A stretch of 60,114 bases of DNA, the filler included, from Hausera hauseri (Eukaryota): the NCBI GenBank assembly GCA_046269625.1. It is 11 parts of 11 records of this genome, joined end to end, with 100 filler letters (N's around TTAATTAATTAA, not from the genome) between each part and the next. Parts side by side here need not be neighbours in the genome. Positions count along the whole stretch, not along the records: positions 24,751 to 33,503 come from JBJURY010545453.1; positions 33,604 to 38,414 come from JBJURY010427252.1; 9 more parts are not named here. One strand, 5' to 3'. Position 1 is the first letter of the stretch. Every line of letters begins with the position of its first letter. Shown here piece after piece: positions 25,227 through 35,296 of this stretch. The notes beneath the pieces are model-generated. The model had not been told where the DNA came from. It saw only the letters and a program-made list of their open reading frames with translations, and made no database searches. The position numbers were made by a program, and so were the translations under genes.

Positions 25227-25655
25227 TAATCCTATAGGGGGAAAGTTCGAATAGGACTGGCACACCGAAAAGGATTAAGCAAGGAACCTGGAGATTAGAA
25301 ACATTGAGACTTCAAGAGAGAAAACTTAGTTATAATAGGGTTGACATACAGGTGTAGGGCATTGAATGTTTTGGAGATTGTTTTAGTACACAGGGTGTCA
25401 CTATATTTTTTTGTTGCATTGGCACTGATGATAAAAAATTTATTTCAGGTGTATTTGGTATTGACTGCAGGTGAAGTACTAACATATTTTTTTTTCAGGA
25501 ACATTGTAGACGCAATTTTTTCAGGTTAAGTGCTCGATTGGGCACGGAAGGAAAATTAGTTTGTTCTACTAGGGGAAGTTTCACAAATAATAATAAAGAT
25601 ATTGTTTTGGGCTGGAAAGATTAACCTCTAACGGGTAGGTAACGTAATTACAATA

Positions 25656-26822
25656 ATGGAACGAACAATGCAACAGGCACTAAATATACCACTACCTGAG
25701 GACATACAACAGACACAATATACAATAGAACAGCAGATACAACTCCTTCAGCAAGAACTACAACATGCACATCAGCAAATGCAGCAGGCAGAACAAAAAC
25801 TACAGTTAGCACAACATCATATACAACAAACCACACAACAGAATGAAAGTTCAGTACAAACAGCACTCAATACTCTAGGACACATGGTAGAAAAGTTAGA
25901 TTGTAATAGCCGCCAACAAAACATAAGGGCATTTGTGGATACATATAGGGGCGACCCAAAACACTTTAGAGTCTGGATAGCACAGGTCGAGAAATTCGTT
26001 TTCCTTTTAAAAGGGACTTCGGTAGACTACAAAAACGTGGCATTTATTTCGGCAGATGGTTTTGTCTCGGACTTTTTGAAAAGAAGATTAGAAAGTCACC
26101 CGAATGAGACTTGGGCAGAACTAAAGAAGGAACTAGCGCAGAGATATGCCGATATAACCGACCCACAATATGCAGTGTCAATGCTGCGAAAGATAAAACA
26201 GGAACGTTCTGAAGGAATTCAAATTTATGCTGACAAATTATTGAATGTAGCTGAACAAGCCTTCATTTGCCAGGGACCACCACAAGAAGAACAAAATAAA
26301 ACTTTGATACCGATTTTTATAGATGGGTTATACAGCACGAAGATGAGGCTGAAATTAATGAGAGAAAACCCAGAGGATTTTTACAAAGCTGTGCAAATCG
26401 CCATAGATGAGGAGAATCTTATGCGAAGATTTAATTTGAGACTGGGGATAAATAGTCAGGAGGAACGGACGGAACGTATGGAAGTAGACCATAGTAGACC
26501 CAGGTGGAGGAGGAATGACCGCCCTCCAGAACATAGAGCTAGGCAGAATTACCAAGGGAACCCAAACCGACCCGTACAGGCTGTAGCTAGGGATGTTGAC
26601 CGGTGCGCCAGGTGTGGAATAGGGGGTCATAGTGCGAGAGAATGTACTCACCCGATCCAATCGCGCGGCCAAAAGCTATGCTATCGATGTAACCGGCCCG
26701 GACATTTTGCACGAGATTGTTCCGATAACTGGGTAGGTGAAACTCAGAACTATAGGGGAAGGGGGTTACCGAATACCGCTAGAAACTCGAGGGACCAGGG
26801 AAACGGATCCACGGCTCAGTAA
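25656..26822 (+). CDS. gag: Gag (N-terminal Gln-rich coiled coil, capsid, two CCHC knuckles)
   Basis: CARCGIGGHSAREC and CYRCNRPGHFARDC; FIDGL; MEVD. Confidence 0.95.
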   Translation: MERTMQQALNIPLPEDIQQTQYTIEQQIQLLQQELQHAHQQMQQAEQKLQLAQHHIQQTTQQNESSVQTALNTLGHMVEKLDCNSRQQNIRAFVDTYRGDPKHFRVWIAQVEKFVFLLKGTSVDYKNVAFISADGFVSDFLKRRLESHPNETWAELKKELAQRYADITDPQYAVSMLRKIKQERSEGIQIYADKLLNVAEQAFICQGPPQEEQNKTLIPIFIDGLYSTKMRLKLMRENPEDFYKAVQIAIDEENLMRRFNLRLGINSQEERTERMEVDHSRPRWRRNDRPPEHRARQNYQGNPNRPVQAVARDVDRCARCGIGGHSARECTHPIQSRGQKLCYRCNRPGHFARDCSDNWVGETQNYRGRGLPNTARNSRDQGNGSTAQ

Positions 26823-26861
26823 AGGGTTCATACTGGAGCGGAAAGGAATATCACAGGACCC
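26798..26861 (+). promoter_or_regulatory. -1 programmed ribosomal frameshift signal (G_GGA_AAC + putative pseudoknot)
   Basis: Heptamer at 26798-26804 in the gag frame; -1 frame is open into pol; stems GCTCAGTA/TACTGGAGC and GGGTTC/GGACCC. Confidence 0.75.
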
Positions 26862-26887
26862 AAAAAGACGAGAGTAAAGAAGGGGAA

Positions 26888-29800
26888 TTGGGGAGAGGTA
26901 GGAAGCAAAAAGAGAGACCGTACCAAGTTAACTTAGCCGAAGATCCCAGCTCATGCATAGTTGAGATAGGTCGAAGAAGGGTAAGATCGCTGGTAGATAG
27001 CGGAGCGGAAATCTCGTTGATTAAGGAATCCCTATACCGTTCACTGAAGAATAAAGGGAATTGGTTTAGCAGAAAGGCAAACCTCCAATCAGTGTCAGGA
27101 GAACCATTGAAGGTAACGGGATCAACCAACCTTTGGATTAGGATAGGAAAAACAGAGTTAGAACATCCGTTCTTTATTGTCAAGAACATGAACCGAGGGA
27201 TGATTCTAGGAAGAGACTTTCTCAAGAAAAATGGAGTAAGGCTTTACTTCGATTTACAAAAACTGAGGATAGGGCAGGAATATGTTGATCTTCAGGATGA
27301 TATTCACATCGCTTCAGTGTTAAGAGTGGGCAAGAAAACGGTACTAAAACCAAACTCGGTGAACATAATAATGGGTAAATTGAGGAAGACTCCCTATTTT
27401 AGAGAAGGGCAGACAGTAGGAACAATTGAGATAGAAGGCGACATTATTAACGAACCCGGTCTGATAGTAACCGAGGGAATAGCCACAATAAGAAGAAATT
27501 TAGATATACCGGTCATGATTATGAATAGCACTCAAAAGACAGTCGCTTTACACACGGGATGTGTTATCAGCCGAGTAGTGAAATCAAACGAAGTGATTGG
27601 ACAGGAAGTAATGGGGGAATCCCCCGGGCGAAACTCCATCACGGAGGGGAAAATAGATCAAGCTCCCAGTACAGGTAGGGATAATAAAAATATGTGTCGT
27701 AACGAGCGGTTCTCGAATAGGGACAAGAAAGGGTACGGAAACCGCCAAGTTAGAACAATTGGTGAAACTAGAATTGGAAAAAGGGACCACCCTAAGGAAA
27801 ATAATGGTAGGGAGAAACTGAAGGAATTAGATCCTCGGAGTGGAGATAGAATACAAGAGTTATTAAGTCAGTTAAAGACGGAAGGTGAATGCAGAGGTAT
27901 GATGGAAGACTTTGTCAAAAGGCATGCGGATGTATTTGCCTTAAACGATTTAGAACTGGGTCGGACCCAGACAGTGACTATGGAAATTGACACAGGGGAC
28001 CATCCTCCCATCAGCCTGAAACCGTATAGGACTCCGCTGAAAAATAGGGAAATCGTGGAGAAAGCCATCGAGGACATGTTGGAGGCAGGGATTATAGAAA
28101 GAGTGAGGTCAGAGTGGTCATCGCCTGTGGTCATCGTCACAAAGGCTGATGGCGGACATCGTTTTTGTGTTGATTATCGTGGGCTGAACGGCGTTTCGGC
28201 GGATGTTTCTTATGAGATGCCGCATATAGAATACGTATTGGCTCTCCTCAATAAATCCGATTTCTTCACGACTTTAGATGCGAGAAGTGGATTTTGGTGC
28301 ATTCCGATGTCGGAGGAAGCAAAACGGAAAACCGCGTTCTGTACACATGTAGGTAGCTTTGCCTGGAACGTTATGCCGTTCGGACTAAAAGGATCACCTG
28401 CCACCTACATGAGTCTTATGGATAGAGTTTTGGAGGGTATGCAAAAATTCGCACTTGCATACATTGATGACATTTTGATCCATACCTCTGGAACTATAGA
28501 AGAACATTTGAGACACGTGGAGATGGTGTTCAATAGACTTAGGGAACACTCCATAAAATTGAAACTAAGCAAATGTGAATTTGCAAAGAGAGAGACCAAA
28601 TATCTCGGTTTTATTATCGGACGAAATGGGATCAAACCAGACGGTGATAAAGTCAAAGCCATCCGACAAATGCCGGCTCCTAAGACTGTAAAACAGGTGA
28701 GGGGATTCATCGGTACCTGTGGGTACTACCGTAGGTTCATCCCAAATTTCTCACAGATCGCAGAGCCACTTATAGCTCTCACGAGAAAATATGCTAAGTT
28801 CAAATGGGATGATGATTGTCAGCACGCGTTCGACTACTTGAAAGATAGTCTTACAAGGATTCCCTTGTTAGCTCATCCCGATCTCAGTAAAGGATTCATT
28901 CTGTACTGCGACGCGTCAGACCGATCCATAGGAGCAATCCTAGTCCAAGAGGGAGACGAGGGTGATGAGGGCATCATGCCGGGCACGAAAAATGAAAAAC
29001 CGATTTATTTTTTGTCCCACAAATTAAGTCCATCTCAACAAAAGTGGGGGACAACCGAAAAGGAAGCATACGCTATCTACTACGCGGTGCAGAAACTCAA
29101 TTTCTATTTGCATAATGCAAGCTTTGTGATCAAAAGTGATCACAAACCTCTAAAGAACTGGCTGAAAACAGGGGTACAAAACCGAAGGATTCAAACGTGG
29201 GTTCTAAACCTACAAGGGTACAGTGCACGCATAGAATATATCCCTGGGCCAGAAAATACATGTGCGGACTTGCTATCTAGGATCCCATACCCGGAAGTAA
29301 AGGCCGAAGAAGAAGAAAATGATAGCATGCCGGAGATCGATGACCGGACGTGGGGAATAAATGTAATAAACTCGGACAGACCTCACTTATATGACATGGA
29401 GAGCAACCATGATCAGGGAGGCGAAAGTCCCGAGTCAGAGGATCAAATGGGGATGGAAGGGGATATGAGAGTGGAGCAGGAGAGAGACGAGAACATAAAA
29501 CAGATAAAAGTAGATCTGAAATCTGGGACAGAAGAGGCTCGAAGTAAATGGAAACATTTCATTGTTTTAGCGGATGATGACGAGGTGTATCGAATAGCCA
29601 AGGACGAAGGGAGGCTCCAGAAATACATACCCAACCACCTAAGAGCAAGAGTATTACGGCAGTTCCATGACGAGAACGGACATATGGCTAGAGATAGGAC
29701 TTACGGGGTGATCTCGAAAAGGTACTACTGGCCGAACTTATATAAAGAAGTGATCGAATACGTAGGGCAGTGCGAAGTGTGTAAACTGAGAAACATGAAA

Positions 29801-31759
29801 CCTCTCCGGGCGCCGCTGCAGGAACCCGACCGACCGGATTACCCGATGCAGAAAATTAGTATAGATATTACCGGACCCCACCCAGTCACCCTGTCGGGAA
29901 ATAAGTATATTTTACATGTAGTTGATTGCTATAGCGCCTGGCCAGAAGCATACCCATTACCCGATAAGACCACGGACTCAATTATACATGTATTAAATCA
30001 GGAATTCATCCCTAGACATAGTTGTCCGGCTTACTTGGTTTCAGATAACGCCCGAGAATTTACTAGTGAGGCCTTCGAAAATACTCTTAGAACCTTGAAT
30101 ATCAGACATATAACGACCACATTTTTTAACCCGCAAGCTAACGGCATTAATGAACGATCCCATGCTACGCTGTATTCAATAATTGCCAAATACATACAAG
30201 GCAGACAGAATGACTGGGACTTGTACCTAAATCATGCCCTAGCATCCATTAGGACAAACGAGAACGGTAGCACCAAACACTCGCCGTTCGAATTATTGTA
30301 CGGGAGGGAAGCAGTTTTCCCCATGGACCACTTCCTAAAGCCATATCCGAAATATTTGGGCGAAGATTTCCACAAGATCCAATTACAGGAAATGCACCGG
30401 ACTCACTTAACCGTCCATAGGAATCTGAGGAAGGCGTTCGCGAGAGAAAAGCGAAGACTGGACAAAACCGCCGAAATGCAGGAATTTACCACTGGGGATA
30501 GAGTCTATTACAAGCGCCACAATAAGGACTCAAAATTTGATAATCGTTGGTTAAAAGGGTATGTAGTAATTAGGAAAACGGGAGCAGTTAGTTACCGAAT
30601 TATGAACCAGTTAAACAGACGAGAAATTAAAGCAAAAATCTCGCAGTTAAGGAGAGATGTTAGTAGGTGGGAGGAACCGAGAAGACAGGAAGGGGAAAGG
30701 AATCTTAGGAAAACCCGGTACGTGGTAACACCTAGAACAACTGATAAGGATAGCTCAAGTGAGGAAGGGAGAACCACACTGTCGCGATCAGAAAGCGAAG
30801 CTCTGCCAAGAGGTGGGTATACACCCCAGGTGCAACCACAAAATACCCCAGTGAGAGAGAATAATGATAATAATGAAGAGGGAAATAAAGAAGATACGAG
30901 TAGTGAGAGAATCGGGACAATGATGGAAAGACCAACGGTGCCAAGCGATCATGACGGGCCGAACCAAAATGAGGAGCTTTCTAGTGTGGATACGGCAGGA
31001 ACAGGAAACCCCTCTGAAGAATTGTCCACTTACCAAGAGGAACCCGAGGATGCTCCCTTTCGGAACACTAGGGCAGCAACTCGAAGACGAAATGAAGTAG
31101 CCAAAGAGCGACAGATAAGACATAATAGGAGAATACGGGAGCATTCATCTAACGAAAGTGATATTCCCATACCCGAGAGACAAATGAGAATGGAGGATAG
31201 AGAGGAGAGGCGCCAACGAGAAGAGATTCCAATAGGATCACAAGAGAGAGATTTTGGGAGTGAAACACGAGAAGGCCTAGACGAAGAAGAAGAGAGAGAA
31301 GCCGAAGAAAGGGAATTATTAAGCGGGGAGTCTTCATCGATTAGAGAGAGTGAAGATGCTGAAGAAAGGGAATTATTAAGAGGGGAGTCTTCATCGATTA
31401 GAGAGAGTGAAGATGGGGAAGAGAAGGAGGCAGAAGAGGAATCGGAGGAAATGGAAACAGGTAGGAACGAAGCCTATAAGCGACCATATGTAGGTGGTAG
31501 TAGCGATAGTGAAGGTAAGAATGCGCCGAAGCATTTAAGGCCGTCCGCCATAACGCGGAAACTGGAGGAGAAGAGGAGGAAATCCTTGACCGAAGGGAAG
31601 AACATGGTGGAGGTAGGACCGAGCATTGGAGAGAAAACGCGAGTTACGGAGGAAATGGACAGAAATCGCGAAACGAAACAGAGAGAAGGAAAAATAAGGG
31701 GCGCGAAAATAGGGCAGAATATAGTTAAAGCTTGGCGGGGATTATGGAAGCCAAGGTAG
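26888..31759 (+). CDS. pol: Pol polyprotein (PR, RT, RNase H, integrase, long acidic tail); translated as Gag-Pol from ~26804
   Basis: LVDSGA; RFCVDYR, YIDD; CDAS, SDHKPL, ADLLSR; HHCC (H..GH..C..C); IDITGP, SDNAREF, NGINER. Confidence 0.96.
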   Translation: MGRGRKQKERPYQVNLAEDPSSCIVEIGRRRVRSLVDSGAEISLIKESLYRSLKNKGNWFSRKANLQSVSGEPLKVTGSTNLWIRIGKTELEHPFFIVKNMNRGMILGRDFLKKNGVRLYFDLQKLRIGQEYVDLQDDIHIASVLRVGKKTVLKPNSVNIIMGKLRKTPYFREGQTVGTIEIEGDIINEPGLIVTEGIATIRRNLDIPVMIMNSTQKTVALHTGCVISRVVKSNEVIGQEVMGESPGRNSITEGKIDQAPSTGRDNKNMCRNERFSNRDKKGYGNRQVRTIGETRIGKRDHPKENNGREKLKELDPRSGDRIQELLSQLKTEGECRGMMEDFVKRHADVFALNDLELGRTQTVTMEIDTGDHPPISLKPYRTPLKNREIVEKAIEDMLEAGIIERVRSEWSSPVVIVTKADGGHRFCVDYRGLNGVSADVSYEMPHIEYVLALLNKSDFFTTLDARSGFWCIPMSEEAKRKTAFCTHVGSFAWNVMPFGLKGSPATYMSLMDRVLEGMQKFALAYIDDILIHTSGTIEEHLRHVEMVFNRLREHSIKLKLSKCEFAKRETKYLGFIIGRNGIKPDGDKVKAIRQMPAPKTVKQVRGFIGTCGYYRRFIPNFSQIAEPLIALTRKYAKFKWDDDCQHAFDYLKDSLTRIPLLAHPDLSKGFILYCDASDRSIGAILVQEGDEGDEGIMPGTKNEKPIYFLSHKLSPSQQKWGTTEKEAYAIYYAVQKLNFYLHNASFVIKSDHKPLKNWLKTGVQNRRIQTWVLNLQGYSARIEYIPGPENTCADLLSRIPYPEVKAEEEENDSMPEIDDRTWGINVINSDRPHLYDMESNHDQGGESPESEDQMGMEGDMRVEQERDENIKQIKVDLKSGTEEARSKWKHFIVLADDDEVYRIAKDEGRLQKYIPNHLRARVLRQFHDENGHMARDRTYGVISKRYYWPNLYKEVIEYVGQCEVCKLRNMKPLRAPLQEPDRPDYPMQKISIDITGPHPVTLSGNKYILHVVDCYSAWPEAYPLPDKTTDSIIHVLNQEFIPRHSCPAYLVSDNAREFTSEAFENTLRTLNIRHITTTFFNPQANGINERSHATLYSIIAKYIQGRQNDWDLYLNHALASIRTNENGSTKHSPFELLYGREAVFPMDHFLKPYPKYLGEDFHKIQLQEMHRTHLTVHRNLRKAFAREKRRLDKTAEMQEFTTGDRVYYKRHNKDSKFDNRWLKGYVVIRKTGAVSYRIMNQLNRREIKAKISQLRRDVSRWEEPRRQEGERNLRKTRYVVTPRTTDKDSSSEEGRTTLSRSESEALPRGGYTPQVQPQNTPVRENNDNNEEGNKEDTSSERIGTMMERPTVPSDHDGPNQNEELSSVDTAGTGNPSEELSTYQEEPEDAPFRNTRAATRRRNEVAKERQIRHNRRIREHSSNESDIPIPERQMRMEDREERRQREEIPIGSQERDFGSETREGLDEEEEREAEERELLSGESSSIRESEDAEERELLRGESSSIRESEDGEEKEAEEESEEMETGRNEAYKRPYVGGSSDSEGKNAPKHLRPSAITRKLEEKRRKSLTEGKNMVEVGPSIGEKTRVTEEMDRNRETKQREGKIRGAKIGQNIVKAWRGLWKPR
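31304..31415 (+). repeat. In-frame 57-bp tandem duplication in the pol tail
   Basis: EERELL(S/R)GESSSIRESED twice, copies starting at 31304 and 31361, nearly identical. Confidence 0.95.
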
Positions 31760-32424
31760 GCCGTGAGAAGGAAGACGGGATTAACCTCAAAAAGGTACAG
31801 AACTTTTGATTATGTTAATGAGATCCCGGTGTAATAGTTTTAGAATCCCTGTTACTATAAGACATACAGAGGAAAAGTTAAGGTTTAAATCTAGTTAGGA
31901 CCAGATTTTTGGTTTAGGTCACAGACAGCCTAATACATACCTGAGTTAAGCACACATTAACATCTGCTAGTGAATACCCACAACAGTAGACTAAAATAGG
32001 TCACAAGCAGAGGGGTTTGTGATTTGTACTTACTGAAGAAGGAAGGGTTGTTAAAATAATTTTGTGAAACCTCTTCAGCAGAACTCGACACGGAAGAGGA
32101 AGGTTTTGATTGGTGTTTGTAAAGAAATATGCTAACACGTCATTGCCATTGGTAGGAAGTTTTGTATATATTTTCCCAGGTGTTGTTAAGGGAAAGATTT
32201 TGAAGTATACTTGTAAAAGTAGCCATGAGGATTGAAGGTATTTGAATAAAACTGAGCATTTTGTTGTGGAGATATCATATTAAGGTTGTTTATTTGGTAT
32301 GGCTGAGGGAAGGCCATAGAGAAATGTATATTTATGTGAACTGGACTTTTGGGGTCAGTTAAACCAGTCTAAAGAGACAAGACTATAGGTTTAGTCTTTT
32401 GTGATACAAGGTGTATGTCCCAGA

Positions 32425-32583
32425 CAGTGGCGGACTGGTCAGTCTGGTATTTGGGCAATGCCCGGTGGGCCTATTTTGTTCTATAGGATTTGTAAGACGT
32501 GTTGCTACCGTAGGCCTATTTTAGTGAGAAGGGCCGTTCTGTAAATAATGCCCGGGCCGCTTTAAAGCTCCAGTCCGTCCCTG
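32425..32583. mobile_element. Short hAT-like MITE (~160 bp)
   Basis: TIRs CAGTGGCGGACTGG ... CCAGTCCGTCCCTG; no intact 8-bp TSD. Confidence 0.6.
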
Positions 32584-32659
32584 CTCACAACATTCAACAT
32601 AACATTTCTAACTATATCTTTCTCATTGTTACATCCTATTACTTTAACTATATTACACT

Positions 32660-32812
32660 GGCATGCAAGGCAGAGGTTGATCACGACGACGGTGGACATG
32701 ACATCAAAGAAATTCTGAATATGAAATTGAAACAGCTGGTAGAAGACAGAGAGTCTTCTAAGCGGGTTGTGACGAGGTGACTATCTGCAAGTGAAGTGCT
32801 ACATGATGATGA
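32660..32812 (+). mobile_element. 3' end of an RTE-like LINE
   Basis: GRQRL..DIKEILNMKLKQLVEDRE-like remnant ending in a (TGA)n tail. Confidence 0.4.
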
Positions 32813-33289
32813 CCTAAATTTCTTTCAACATAACACAAGTGCCACTCCAGCGCTGCCTCTGATCTTAGCACAATGGCCAAGTTTCCTAATGACATTCAAG
32901 ACACGCAAAGACCCTCAGTTAAGGAGCTAGCCAATCGGTCTGCCGCGTCATTTCTCTTTAAACGAGCATGACTCTAAATGTATATTTTCATACAGGCGAT
33001 ACGTGGTTATATAATGATGCTCCCACACGAGCTTCTATTACTGGGTCGGTGCGATGCTACGGGTGGTTAGATATGAAAAGTTTATAAAAAGCATTTATCT
33101 CCCTTGAAGCCCAAAGGCCTATTTTGATAAGTATCTTGTGCACATTAAAATTCTCCAGGCTGTTGTAAATGCAAACAAATACGTTGGATGAGATCGAATA
33201 AACACTTCGTGACTGAATTCTTACCCATCACTACATCGATTGTCCAGAGTGTCGCGGAGTTGCTACTCAACTAAGGCCCTTCTATTTAT

Positions 33290-33503
33290 TAACATACAGC
33301 AGCAGTCTACCATGTTTAAACGACGAACTGGACACGTTCAGCCCATATATAATAATAAAGACTAATACAGCCTCAATATCCTTCATATGTCCACTTTGTG
33401 ATTATGCATATGAAACAGTAAACCATCACCTGTTTGACTGCCCAGCACTTGATAACATCAGAGCCACTCTTCTTCCTCTGAGACCAGATAGATACCAGTA
33501 TAA
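33290..33503 (+). mobile_element. Non-LTR retrotransposon ORF2 C-terminal fragment
   Basis: CPLCDYAYETVNHHLFDCPALDNIR, the C-terminal CCHC of LINE ORF2. Confidence 0.65.
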
Positions 33504-33603
33504 NNNNNNNNNNNNNNNNNNNNNNNNNNNNNNNNNNNNNNNNNNNNTTAATTAATTAANNNNNNNNNNNNNNNNNNNNNNNNNNNNNNNNNNNNNNNNN
33601 NNN

Positions 33604-33677
33604 GCTTAATTATTTGCGGTTGTAGATCAGTGATGTGTGGAAATTATAGGGGGCGGCGTTTCTTTTGAACATACCTG
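33604..33677 (-). mobile_element. Tc1/mariner-type TIR inserted at TA in polB
   Basis: Minus strand TA|CAGGTATGTTCAAAAGAAACG; polB similarity stops exactly here. Confidence 0.5.
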
Positions 33678-34690
33678 TATATGACTGTAACTCAATATAA
33701 TTCAGTTGATACATGCTCAACTTGGAAAGATCAAGTACAGCCTGGCCGATATATGAGGGTCTATCTAATGTCACAATGTCTTTACCGAGAAGAACAGCAA
33801 CAAGATCATCGAATATTATAATACTCTCTTTAAACTGAGACTTACTAGCATATGTAACAAGCTTTTTAACATTGTTACATAGTCTCAAGTTTGACCTTTT
33901 TAAGAGGTTTTCAACTGTTTTACCATATAAGTTATTGTTCTTAAGCTTAAAAAAGTCTTTGTCAAAAGGATTTTTTGCTGCAGCCCTCTTAGCAGTGTTT
34001 AGATCAATGTAATCCTTAAAGACATAGCCTTGGTCAAACTCAACACCCGATGAACTTTTCAACTATAGCACCTAACTCCATGCACAACTGAAAGAGCCGA
34101 TAGTGAACAACATAGTTGGACTTACGCTCATGTGTCAGTAACAATTTCTTTACTTTTGAACCTGGCGGACATTGGTTGATTGGGGCTAAAGGAAGTTGGT
34201 CCAACTTATCATGTTTGTCTGCCGAAATGCTTATGTCCACTTCAAAGACTAAGCCTCGTTTCTCCTTAACACAGTCAATGTAAGGTATTTGTTGGATTAG
34301 ACTAGCCAAGACGTCCTCATCGTAAATCCGAGTTAGATTTGCAAATGGCAATGGTTGAGATAAAGCCCAGCCATATAAGTTATTTACATCTATATACAAG
34401 AGATTTGTGCTTTCATATGTTACAACCCTATGCTTATTTACAAAAGTCATGCCACCACGAATACCCGACTGAAAGAAGTGATACATCTCAGGATCCTGGA
34501 TGAGCTCAATCTTACAAGGACTGGTTTTCAGTGCTGTAGCCCAACTTAAACCGGAAATTGAGACAAAGTTAGCGGCTTATAAGCCTTCATGCAACTTAAC
34601 CTCCTTTCTAAACCGCGCAAAGACATCACTTAACAAGTAGACGTCGAGCTTTATATACACCAACATATAATCTAACTCATTCTGACAATT
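33678..34690 (-). pseudogene. polB: Polinton/Maverick/adintovirus-type family B DNA polymerase fragment
   Basis: DYMLVYIKLDVYLLSDVF, GIRGG, YIDVNNLYGWALSQPLP, FFKLKNNNLYGKTVEN, RPSYIGQAVLDLSK; frameshifted. Confidence 0.85.
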
Positions 34691-34779
34691 GGGACGTTAG
34701 TTTATGCATTCCAGCGTCTCACCAAATATTTATTTGCAAATGGAACAACTAAATTTGTTATAACTTCTTTATTTTCGAC

Positions 34780-35000
34780 AGTGAGGTTAATATGTTTTCG
34801 AACGTAAACTCGATCGTTTTCGGAAATAAGATCATCATTATTGTTATCGAATTTCAAATTTTTTCACTGGCGATAATTTGGAAAATAGTTTCGGTAAGAC
34901 CGTTGTCTTTTCCAATTGAAGTAAACATTCTTCTGCTGGTTTTCGAATTTCATTTAACGGGGACGTTGATGAGTCCAAACATAGGGATAATTGGTTAATT
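34780..35000 (-). pseudogene. Importin-beta family (CSE1/importin-7-like) N-terminal fragment, decayed
   Basis: LSLCLDSSTSPLNEIRKPAEECLLQLEK / NGLTETIFQIIASE / DLISENDRVYVRKHI across frameshifts, resembling the IBN_N region. Confidence 0.45.
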
Positions 35001-35100
35001 GCATTCGATATTCTTAATGACTCGATAAAACACTAATTCAACTTCAAATGAATTTAATTTTAATTCAAAATAAACAAAATATATTATTGAACCATATCTT

Positions 35101-35296
35101 TGTACGAACTGCACTCATTGATTGGTTGAGCTGTTGCAGTTTTAATGAGATATTCCGGCACGATGATATAAAACACCCAAAACGCATCAATTCGTCGGCA
35201 GTTGCAAAATAAATAACAATTGAAGAGGAAACAATAAAATTGTATGTACAAGCAAAGAAAAAAAATCAAGGAAACACAACCTCGTTGGGCACAACA
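35101..35296 (-). repeat. Putative 3' LTR (~196 bp)
   Basis: Starts TGT directly after the PPT and ends at a candidate ACA; distal boundary uncertain. Confidence 0.5.

Larger units (their letters stand above)
24751..31759 (+). mobile_element. Ty3/Gypsy LTR retrotransposon with intact gag and pol; partial 5' LTR (24751-~25196); 3' LTR not found
   Basis: TATA (~24765), AATAAA (24940), PBS-like sites, uninterrupted gag and pol in PR-RT-RH-IN order. Confidence 0.95.

Noticed and set aside
26355-31337. Antisense ORFs inside gag/pol (and similar ones over BEL, TRAF and piggyBac)
   Set aside because: Short shadow ORFs of real coding strands, with no motifs.
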